This document shows, piece by piece, positions 1 through 7,331 of a DNA stretch of 18,609 bases. The translations under genes and the position numbers were made by a program. Source of the stretch: an archaeon (GTDB lineage Archaea; Asgardarchaeota; Thorarchaeia; Thorarchaeales; Thorarchaeaceae). The DNA is taken from positions 1-18,609 of the forward strand of contig JAJRZD010000067.1 of the NCBI GenBank assembly GCA_024275415.1, written 5' to 3'. Numbering within the stretch: position 1 is the stretch's first letter; each line of letters starts with the position of its first letter. A model generated the notes under the pieces. That model was not told the DNA's origin and made no database searches. It saw nothing but the letters and a program-made list of their open reading frames with translations.

Positions 1-68
1 AAGATATACGACTTTCATAGGAAAAGCAAACATCTAGTCAATGTGGATCTGTATCGTATAATAATTGA

Positions 69-809
69 ATGAGCGTGAGAAAAATGGCTGATGTGAAAAG
101 CGGCGACATGGTAGTACCAGGCGACCAATTATGTGTGATAGCAGAGCTGATGCCTGGCTTTGGAACATACGATAAGGAGGGCATTGTGTATGCAGCGACA
201 ACTGGCTCAGTAGAGATGGATCTAAATGAACGCAGTATCAGCATACGCAGTGGAAGTAGGTTGGCGTTGCCAATCAAAGGCGATGTAATGGTTGGAGAAG
301 TTATAGTTGTCTATGACCAGCGGGCCGAAGTGAGCCTTGTAAAGCGGAATGGCGAGAATATCCTCAGTGGACTGCTAGGTGAGATTCACATAAGCAATGT
401 GACACGACGCTATATCAAAAGCCTTCAGGACGTCCTCAAACCTAGGGATATAGTCAGAGGGGTGGCATTGAACACCCATGAGATTCCGGTCGCTCTTACA
501 TTAGTGGGCCCGGATAATGGTGTATTAGCAGCGAACTGCTCCAAATGTGGCACCAAGCTCACATTGACAACCTATAACAATCTGATATGCCTAAAATGTG
601 AGAATCGTGAGGTACGTGAGGTCGCAAAGGACTATGGGGTCATGTTCGGACTCGAAACACGACAGGATCTCGCTCCAAAGCGCAGACCTCGGCCTTCCCA
701 TGGCTATGGTGATAGACGTTCAGGCCCTCGAAGACACACTGACCGAAGGGGTCGTGGAGGCGGGAACCGTCGATATAGTGACAGACATGGTGACAGAAGG
801 AGAAGATAA
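69..809 (+). CDS. csl4: Exosome complex RNA-binding subunit Csl4 with an Arg/Gly/Asp-rich C-terminal tail
   Basis: N-terminal VVPGDQL..E..PGFGTY, S1 domain (GEIHISNVTRRYIKSLQDVLKPRDIVRG), Zn ribbon CSKC...CLKC then REVREVAKDYG; sits upstream of rpoL as is typical in archaea. Alternative start is ATG at 84. Confidence 0.92.
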   Translation: MSVRKMADVKSGDMVVPGDQLCVIAELMPGFGTYDKEGIVYAATTGSVEMDLNERSISIRSGSRLALPIKGDVMVGEVIVVYDQRAEVSLVKRNGENILSGLLGEIHISNVTRRYIKSLQDVLKPRDIVRGVALNTHEIPVALTLVGPDNGVLAANCSKCGTKLTLTTYNNLICLKCENREVREVAKDYGVMFGLETRQDLAPKRRPRPSHGYGDRRSGPRRHTDRRGRGGGNRRYSDRHGDRRRR

Positions 810-811
810 CC

Positions 812-1102
812 ATGGAACCTAAGATAATTGAACAAAGTCGTTACGAGATTAAATTCGAGTTAGGCGGTGAAGGACACTCCTTCCCGAATCTCTTGAGAAC
901 CACTCTTTTAGAGGAGCCAGCCGTAGATTTTGCAGGTTATAGCATCGACCATCCTTTGCTTGCAAGCCCTGTGTTCACACTCAGGACCAACAGGCGCCAA
1001 GCGAACGTGGTTATGAGAGAGGCGCTTGAGAAGATGCTCGCACGGACTGAGCAATTCCGCAAGATATTCGCGCAGAATGCAGCAGACCATGGTATGGACT
1101 AG
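812..1102 (+). CDS. rpoL: DNA-directed RNA polymerase subunit L (Rpo11)
   Basis: GEGHSFPNLLR and VDFAGYSIDHPL match the Rpb11/RpoL signature; 96 aa. Confidence 0.95.
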   Translation: MEPKIIEQSRYEIKFELGGEGHSFPNLLRTTLLEEPAVDFAGYSIDHPLLASPVFTLRTNRRQANVVMREALEKMLARTEQFRKIFAQNAADHGMD

Positions 1103-1125
1103 TCACTAGCCTACATTATGGACTG

Positions 1126-1545
1126 ATGAGAACGATGTGGGATTCCCTTGTCCAGCACGAATCCATAGAATCCATTTTGCATGACAAGGGTCTCTCACAG
1201 ATTGGGGACAACTTGGTCAATTTCCTCTATTCGCTTGCAAAGTCGTCTGTCCTAGAAACCGCATCAGGAGAGAAAGTACGGGATAAGGTTCTGGCCAAAG
1301 CCATCCGGAATAGCTCTCTCTACCCTTATGTTGGACGGAGGACTGATGCAGGTCGTGCAGCTGATAGTTATGAAGCCATAATTGCATGGCTATGGATGAA
1401 AGATCAGCTTGATGCGAAATGGGCAGTACATTTTCTTGCTGAACGTTTATCAATTACCAAGACGACCAATCGAAAGCAAGAAGGAGCAATCGCAGCTGAG
1501 GCTTTCCAAGCGCTTATCGAAGAAGTCAAGGATCGTCTTCCATGA
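1126..1545 (+). CDS. Archaeal RNase III-family (Mini-III-like) protein without dsRBD
   Basis: DKGLSQIGDNLVNFLYSLA and AADSYEAIIAW resemble the two RNase III catalytic-domain motifs (xxLGD and DxxEA); 139 aa, no dsRBD. Confidence 0.75.
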   Translation: MRTMWDSLVQHESIESILHDKGLSQIGDNLVNFLYSLAKSSVLETASGEKVRDKVLAKAIRNSSLYPYVGRRTDAGRAADSYEAIIAWLWMKDQLDAKWAVHFLAERLSITKTTNRKQEGAIAAEAFQALIEEVKDRLP

Positions 1546-1571
1546 TACCACACTTTCTCCAATGTGCACTC

Positions 1572-1585
1572 AGTAAGGCTTTAAT
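1572..1585 (+). promoter_or_regulatory. Putative BRE/TATA for tfs
   Basis: AGTAAGG-CTTTAAT about 43 nt upstream of ATG 1628; similar CTT(T)AA/CTTATA boxes precede other operon starts in this window. Confidence 0.4.
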
Positions 1586-1627
1586 TGATACAGGGTCTTG
1601 TGGAAAAGACTACGAGGGACTTGGATA

Positions 1628-1954
1628 ATGCAATTCTGTGACAAATGTGGCGCGATGATGGCACCGTTCAAAGATGCCGATGCAGTGAAACTAAAATGCA
1701 GGAGCTGTGGGTATGTTATAGACGCTGCTGGCAGTCTGAAGGTTTCACAAAAGGTCGAACGGACACCACGTGACAAGATTGTAGTCATTGATGACGACAC
1801 GGTGCCCATGCCTAAGACTTCTGCTTCCTGTCCCAAGTGTGGGCACAACGAGGCGTACTATTGGACTGTCCAGACTCGCAGAGGTGATGAGGGTGCCACC
1901 GAGTTCTATCGTTGCACAAAATGCAAGACCACTTGGAGAAACTACGGCGGATAG
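1628..1954 (+). CDS. tfs: Transcription factor S (TFS/RpoM-like transcript cleavage factor)
   Basis: N-terminal MQFCDKCG..M Zn ribbon (CxxC...CRSC); C-terminal CPKCGHNEAYYWTVQTRRGDEGATEFYRCTKC with the acidic DE hairpin intact. ATG 1628 preferred over the GTG start of the ORF track. Confidence 0.95.
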   Translation: MQFCDKCGAMMAPFKDADAVKLKCRSCGYVIDAAGSLKVSQKVERTPRDKIVVIDDDTVPMPKTSASCPKCGHNEAYYWTVQTRRGDEGATEFYRCTKCKTTWRNYGG

Positions 1955-1956
1955 CA

Positions 1957-1978
1957 CTTTTATGTGGTGTACTTAATA
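1957..1978 (+). promoter_or_regulatory. Putative TATA region for the rpa14-pcna-priS-gins block
   Basis: CTTTTATG (1957-1964) and CTTAATA (1972-1978) in the 62-nt gap before TTG 2017. Confidence 0.35.
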
Positions 1979-2016
1979 TCTAGTCGTGCTGTAAGTTCAT
2001 TTGAGAGTGCATAGGA

Positions 2017-2391
2017 TTGGTACCCGAAGAAGCGAACAAGAGATACCTTAGACCTGCCAGTCTAAAGCGGGTAAAGGAGCTGACTACCGACACTCAAGGG
2101 CCGGTCAGGATTCTCTGTATAGTGGTCGAAGCAACTGAGGGTGCGGCACTGGTTCAAGATATCATGGATGAGCCCGGAAAACAGGGTTCAATTAAAGTTG
2201 ATGTCGAGGGAACGCTTGCAGTAGCTGAGAAATACATGTTATTAGGGAATGTGAAGATGACCACAGGAACTGATGGGAAAGAACTGAGGCTTGCCGTGTC
2301 CTCAAGTCATAACATCGATTCGTTGGACATAAAGGCATACAAGGACGCCTTAGCACTAGAGGAAAGGATTAATCAAGCATTTGTGGGATGA
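2017..2391 (+). CDS. Small OB-fold protein, RPA14/Rpa3-like subunit of heterotrimeric replication protein A
   Basis: Pattern R..PA..K.VKEL....G.VRIL..V......ALVQD....G...V.......LLG.V........L.......D..D...Y...L.LE matches my recollection of Thermococcales RPA14 (RRRKPAVERKISEI...DDGTG...QDF...DL...ELE); TTG start; 124 aa. Confidence 0.6.
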   Translation: MVPEEANKRYLRPASLKRVKELTTDTQGPVRILCIVVEATEGAALVQDIMDEPGKQGSIKVDVEGTLAVAEKYMLLGNVKMTTGTDGKELRLAVSSSHNIDSLDIKAYKDALALEERINQAFVG

Positions 2392-2415
2392 GAAATCTAG
2401 TTCGGAGGAAGAAAA

Positions 2416-3189
2416 ATGTTCCATGCAACCCTTGATAGTACAAAAACTTGGAAGCAGATCGTTGATGCCCTTGCTACCTTATTGACAGACGCACACTTTG
2501 TGATTTCGAAGAGTGGTATTGTCCTGAACCAACTTGACTCCTCTAAGGCTGCAATGGTCAGCTTGAATCTCCCCAGCAAGGTATTCCAAGATTATGATTG
2601 TGAGGGCGAATATGACGTATGCCTTGGTATTGACGAGTTGGTTCGAGTCAGCAAGAGAATGGCCGGTGACGATAGGCTTGAATTCTCTCTTTTGAAGACG
2701 GATCCAAAGTCAGAACGCTTCGACAGGTTCGAGATTAAGATGCATGGCCAAGCTGAGAGGAAGTTCAGCCTTCAATTGTTGACACCTCCCGATGAGAGAA
2801 GCAAGAAGCCCGAGTTGAACCTTGCTGCAAATGCAGAAATGTTCGCTGACTCGTTCAAGCAAGCCGTAAAAGATATCGGTGTCGTATCAAACTTCTTGAC
2901 CATCAAAGCGACTGCTGACTCTATCGTGTTCATGGGGGAAGGTGACACTGGAGAGGCAGAGGTTGCATTGAAGAAAGGTGATGACGAATCAGCCCTATTT
3001 GACCTCAAGGTAGAAGAGAATGTTCGAGCACGATATTCTCTCAGTTATCTATCTGATATCACAAAGGCAATCTCATCTGATAGCCTTGTTTTTCAATTTG
3101 GTGAGAACAAACCATTGTCCATCGAATTCGGGATTGCTGAGAAGGGTCGGATTGGGTTTGTTCTAGCACCAATCATCGAAAAGAGATGA
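2416..3189 (+). CDS. pcn: DNA polymerase sliding clamp PCNA
   Basis: 257 aa; WKQIVDALATLLTDAHF, AAMVSLNLPSKVFQDYDC, YSLSYLSDITKA, QFGENKPL, FVLAP; adjacent to priS and gins. Confidence 0.95.
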   Translation: MFHATLDSTKTWKQIVDALATLLTDAHFVISKSGIVLNQLDSSKAAMVSLNLPSKVFQDYDCEGEYDVCLGIDELVRVSKRMAGDDRLEFSLLKTDPKSERFDRFEIKMHGQAERKFSLQLLTPPDERSKKPELNLAANAEMFADSFKQAVKDIGVVSNFLTIKATADSIVFMGEGDTGEAEVALKKGDDESALFDLKVEENVRARYSLSYLSDITKAISSDSLVFQFGENKPLSIEFGIAEKGRIGFVLAPIIEKR

Positions 3190-3205
3190 TACCAGAGGGC
3201 AGGTT

Positions 3206-4597
3206 ATGGCCCCAGACAAAAGCGTACGAACAAAGAAAATGCTCCAGTTGATGTTCCAAGAGTACTATCGAGTGCATCATGACACAATAGACATCCCTCT
3301 TCGGATACAGAATAGAGAGTTTGGGTTGGAGAACTGGGACTTCAGCTGGATTTGCAAGAAACGAAAGGAAGTACATGAAGACGGGAAAGAGAACTGGGTA
3401 GGATGCGGGCGAAGTGGTCGTTCTTTCGTGAATCTACTCAAATGCCCTCATTGTGGTGCCCCTGGACTGCAAGTCACACGGTGGTCACGCCACATCGGAT
3501 ACCGCACACGCGACCACCTTCTAAATGACCTTGTCAAGACAGTCCCTCACAGCATCTATCACTCGGCGGCCTTCTATAGCGTACCCGTTGCACGATCTAT
3601 GGCAGAGAAGAAGTGGCAGGGCGCAGAGATTGTATTTGATATTGATGCAGACCATCTAGAATCACCCTGCACCGAAAGGCATGATGTATGGCAATGCACC
3701 AATAGCGCGTGCGGGGCCACAGGTAGTGGATCCCATCCTGACAACTGTCCGGATTGCGATGGCACCACGTTTAGAGCACTGAAATGGATTTGTGACGAGT
3801 GTCTAACCGCAGCTAAAAAGGACACAATGAAGCTATATGACAAATTCTTGACTGGGCATTTCGGATTGGATTCGGACAAGATCCAACTCAACTACAGCGG
3901 ACACCGTGGATACCATGTACGTGTGCGTGACCCCATGGTCTTCAACCTTGATTCGAACGGCCGGATGGAGCTTGCACATTACATCTCTGGCTTTGGAATG
4001 AATACAAGCATAACCACAGACGGATATCTCAGGGTAAAGCCTACTGGGGATTTACGAAACTGGCAGATGCCATCAATCGCAAGGAAGATTGCTGATACCA
4101 TGATTGAGTTCATCAACTCGATTGATGTATATCAAGGAAAGGAGCCTTGGGTCAAGAGCTTGAAACTGTATCGGGAGGATGCTATTGCAGGATTGAAAAT
4201 GAACCCTCCCATTTTAAGTGCGAAGGTGAAGAAAGTAGGCCCCAAGTACTGGCAGGAGATAGCCAATAAGTCGGTTCTACTCTATGGTGTCGATATTGAT
4301 CAACCAGTGACGACCGACATACACCGAGTTATCAGATTGATAGGCAGCCTCAATGGGAAGACCGGCTTCGCTGTCACCGAGCTCACACGGGACGCCCTGA
4401 CTGACTTCAATCCATTATCAGACTCTGTCGTCTTTAATAAGGGAACCATACAAATCTCGATACCTGAACGGGGTATAACCGTACCAGAAATCACGATAGA
4501 TGGGGACACTTATGGACCATTCAATGGTTCCATAGAGACTCTACCTTCCTCGACTGCGGTGTTCCTGCTGTGCAAGGGGATGGCATTCATTGAATAA
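3206..4597 (+). CDS. priS: DNA primase catalytic subunit PriS with two Cys4 insertions
   Basis: REFG, RHIGY, YHSAAFY, FDIDAD (DxD at aa 145/147), YSGHRGYH, IDQPVTTDIHRVIRLIGSLNGKTG. Confidence 0.96.
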   Translation: MAPDKSVRTKKMLQLMFQEYYRVHHDTIDIPLRIQNREFGLENWDFSWICKKRKEVHEDGKENWVGCGRSGRSFVNLLKCPHCGAPGLQVTRWSRHIGYRTRDHLLNDLVKTVPHSIYHSAAFYSVPVARSMAEKKWQGAEIVFDIDADHLESPCTERHDVWQCTNSACGATGSGSHPDNCPDCDGTTFRALKWICDECLTAAKKDTMKLYDKFLTGHFGLDSDKIQLNYSGHRGYHVRVRDPMVFNLDSNGRMELAHYISGFGMNTSITTDGYLRVKPTGDLRNWQMPSIARKIADTMIEFINSIDVYQGKEPWVKSLKLYREDAIAGLKMNPPILSAKVKKVGPKYWQEIANKSVLLYGVDIDQPVTTDIHRVIRLIGSLNGKTGFAVTELTRDALTDFNPLSDSVVFNKGTIQISIPERGITVPEITIDGDTYGPFNGSIETLPSSTAVFLLCKGMAFIE

Positions 4598-5228
4598 GAT
4601 TGGCTATGACGATATTCGAGAGCTGTGGGAAGACGAAAAGAACCACGAGAAACTCCAGTATCTGGATGACCTGAAACTGAGCTTGATGACCGATTACCTC
4701 TCGAATATCCGCAGGCTGCTTGCCGAAACCCCCTCTGGCAATACGCTTCAAGTTGACCTGCTGAAAGAGGAAGGAGTGAACGTCGAGTTCATGATTAAGG
4801 ATTTGCTCCTGATGCGACGAAACAAGATCCTCTTTCATGTGCTCAATGACGAGAAGATGTCCGGAAACCTAACTCTCGCTGAAGAAGAGTTCTATAATCG
4901 ACTGCGTCGAGGACTGGAAAGCCATACCCGATTCGTCAATGAGATACTCACAGGGAATCCAGCCCCCACAATGAGGATACCTGACTCGACTGCATCTGAG
5001 GAAAACGTAGACAGTCTGGGTGACGAGGTAGAGGATTCTTCTCGCGAGTATATCATGGTTCGGTTCTTGCGTCCCGTTAAAGACACGATTATGGGACTGG
5101 ATGAGATCGTCTACGGACCATTCGAAAAGGAGGATGTCGCTACTATTCCCACTGCCAATGCGAAAATTTGGCTTAGAAACGGTACAGTCACAAGGATTGT
5201 ACAGACCGAGAACAAACGTGGTGATTAG
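4590..5228 (+). CDS. gins15: GINS complex subunit, Gins15/Gins51 type (helical A domain followed by beta B domain)
   Basis: N-terminal W..EK....LQ.L, DLLLMRRNKI, LTLAEEEFY; C-terminal VRFLRPV...MGLD...YGPFEKEDVATIP..NA; TTG start overlapping the priS stop by 8 nt. Confidence 0.9.
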   Translation: MNKIGYDDIRELWEDEKNHEKLQYLDDLKLSLMTDYLSNIRRLLAETPSGNTLQVDLLKEEGVNVEFMIKDLLLMRRNKILFHVLNDEKMSGNLTLAEEEFYNRLRRGLESHTRFVNEILTGNPAPTMRIPDSTASEENVDSLGDEVEDSSREYIMVRFLRPVKDTIMGLDEIVYGPFEKEDVATIPTANAKIWLRNGTVTRIVQTENKRGD

Positions 5229-5507
5229 ATGGATTCAGAATCTATCAGAACTGAACTGAGGAGTATTTCTAACTCGGTGCAGTGTGATCGGACATCTCTC
5301 ACAAACGAGTTCGAGAAACTGCTCATAGCGACCACTAATGTGCTACGACTGACCGATGGGCAACAGGGGATGCTTGCAACCCTCCAAGGAAACCCCCAAG
5401 ATTTACACAGATACCTTCTGAATCTCATTCGCCGGTTACAAGAGATGGTAATCAGCTCCAGCGACCGAACGATCAGGGCGCTTGAGACTTTACAAGGCAG
5501 TGTCTAA
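5229..5507 (+). CDS. Hypothetical helical protein (92 aa)
   Basis: ATG directly after the gins TAG; GGTGA Shine-Dalgarno-like motif at 5220-5224; amphipathic helical pattern; no family recognised. Confidence 0.65.
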   Translation: MDSESIRTELRSISNSVQCDRTSLTNEFEKLLIATTNVLRLTDGQQGMLATLQGNPQDLHRYLLNLIRRLQEMVISSSDRTIRALETLQGSV

Positions 5508-5547
5508 GTGTACAAGTAGAATCGGAAAGCTCTAAAGGTGATGCTCA

Positions 5548-5751
5548 TTGAGTGTAAGTATGCTTTCGGGTCGGCAGTATGTGTTGATAATCGCGGGCAT
5601 CGTGGCTATGGCGCTTGGTTTGACAGGTAGCATGACATATCCCCTATCAAGTGAGGACGTTTCGAATATCCTTCTCTATGAGATGCTAGTCGCCTCTGGA
5701 ATCATCGGCATCCTCGCTCTCATAAATAATAGAGGCCTTGAAGAGGACTGA
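5548..5751 (+). CDS. Hypothetical small membrane protein with two predicted TM helices
   Basis: GGTGA at 5537-5541, 6 nt before TTG (alternative ATG 5560); two hydrophobic segments YVLIIAGIVAMALGLTG and ILLYEMLVASGIIGILALI. Confidence 0.6.
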   Translation: MSVSMLSGRQYVLIIAGIVAMALGLTGSMTYPLSSEDVSNILLYEMLVASGIIGILALINNRGLEED

Positions 5752-5835
5752 CCTCATATTTCGTCCTTTTCACAGCAACACACCACTGGCACAACTATCG
5801 TGATTTTCTATATTTGACTGAAAAATCAATTATCT

Positions 5836-5850
5836 GCAAACTTTTAATAT
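5836..5850 (+). promoter_or_regulatory. Putative BRE/TATA of the hdr operon
   Basis: GCAAA-CTTTTAATAT in the AT-rich 158-nt gap, about 60 nt before the hdrC ATG. Confidence 0.5.
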
Positions 5851-5909
5851 GAGATTCATTCCTGCTCAGTCATTCAGCCCTTTCACTAAATAATCGGTGG
5901 TAAGCGACC

Positions 5910-6452
5910 ATGACCGAAACGGATGACAAAGCCGGACAGCCGGCCATACTCATAGATCCCATTGACATGTCAAAGCTCGACTCTGGATTTAGAAGCGAGA
6001 TTAAGAATATGCCAGATGGTGACGAGATTAATGCTTGTTTTGCATGTTCTACCTGCACAGCAGCGTGTCCTATCGCAAACGTCTGGAAATACAAGCCTCA
6101 TCAACTTATCCGTATGATCCTCCTAGGCATGCGTGAGGAAGTCCTGTCCTCGGAGGAGATATGGCTCTGTTTGACCTGTTTTCAATGTCAGGAACGGTGC
6201 CCCCAGAAAGTGCGTGTGACTGACATCTTCTTTGATTGTAAGAACTTGGCTGCAGAAGAAGGCAAGATTCCTGAGAACATCAAAGGTCTTGCAAGGGAAC
6301 TCGTAGAGAACGGTCAACTCTACCAAGTCACAGCTGATTGGGAACGAGAAGATATGGGTCTTGAGCCAGAAGTACCTGGTCTTTCTACTGATGGGATTAA
6401 GGCGATTCTGAAGGGCACTAGGACTGGAAAGATTACTGGAGGGGAAGAATAG
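5910..6452 (+). CDS. hdrC: Heterodisulfide reductase subunit C
   Basis: CFACSTCTAACP and WLCLTCFQCQERCPQKVRVTD; HQLIRMILLG. Confidence 0.95.
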   Translation: MTETDDKAGQPAILIDPIDMSKLDSGFRSEIKNMPDGDEINACFACSTCTAACPIANVWKYKPHQLIRMILLGMREEVLSSEEIWLCLTCFQCQERCPQKVRVTDIFFDCKNLAAEEGKIPENIKGLARELVENGQLYQVTADWEREDMGLEPEVPGLSTDGIKAILKGTRTGKITGGEE

Positions 6453-7319
6453 TTGCCAACGTACAACCTTTACATGGGATGCAGTGTCCCCGCGAACTAT
6501 CCGAATTACGAGGCTGCCATGATCAAGGTGGCTGAGGCTTTTGGTATGGATTTTGATTATATGGAAGGAGTCGCATGTTGTGGAAGCCCTAACCTACGAG
6601 CAATTGATCACATGGGTTGGCTTACAGTCAATGCAAGAACCCTTGCCATCGGCGATAAGAACGGCCATGATATCGTGACACCCTGTAACGGATGTTTTGC
6701 ATCGCTCAAAGACGCATACCACCTCCTAAAACATGACAAGGAGTATGTTCAGAAGGTCAACAAGATCTTGAAGAAGGAGGGGCTGGAATTCAAGGGGGCT
6801 GCAAAACCTCGTCATTTTGTTGAGGCACTCTATACAGATGTCGGTATAGACGAGATTAAGAAGAAGGTCACAAAGCCCTTGGATGGTGTGGGCATCGCCA
6901 TACATTATGGTTGTCATGTGACGCGTCCTCACGATGTGACCGAGTTCGATCCGGTAATCTTGCAGGAGCTTGTCCAAGCAACAGGAGCGACCGTGATTGA
7001 CTATCCGTTGTGGAAGCAGTGTTGTGGTGCTACAGTGTTGCCTGTGAATGAAGGCATCGCAATCAGACTGGCCCGCGACAAGCTCAAATCAATGAAGGAC
7101 GCAGGGGCTGTGTTTGTTACTGTGGTATGCCCTGCTTGTGGGAACCAGCTCGACCTACAGCAGCTGGGCCTCAAGGAGTCATATGGTGAGGAGTATAACC
7201 TTCCTGTCTTGTTTTATCCTCAAATACTCGGACTAACGATGGGACTGGATGAAGATGCCGTCGGACTATCAATGAATCGAGTTGCAGCCGGTCCAATTCT
7301 GAATCATTTGGCCGAATGA
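6453..7319 (+). CDS. hdrB: Heterodisulfide reductase subunit B
   Basis: Two complete CCG domains: C10...C42C43...C78xxC81 and YGC154H...C190C191...C226xxC229; TTG start directly after the hdrC TAG. Confidence 0.95.
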   Translation: MPTYNLYMGCSVPANYPNYEAAMIKVAEAFGMDFDYMEGVACCGSPNLRAIDHMGWLTVNARTLAIGDKNGHDIVTPCNGCFASLKDAYHLLKHDKEYVQKVNKILKKEGLEFKGAAKPRHFVEALYTDVGIDEIKKKVTKPLDGVGIAIHYGCHVTRPHDVTEFDPVILQELVQATGATVIDYPLWKQCCGATVLPVNEGIAIRLARDKLKSMKDAGAVFVTVVCPACGNQLDLQQLGLKESYGEEYNLPVLFYPQILGLTMGLDEDAVGLSMNRVAAGPILNHLAE

Positions 7320-7331
7320 GGTGAATAGGTA

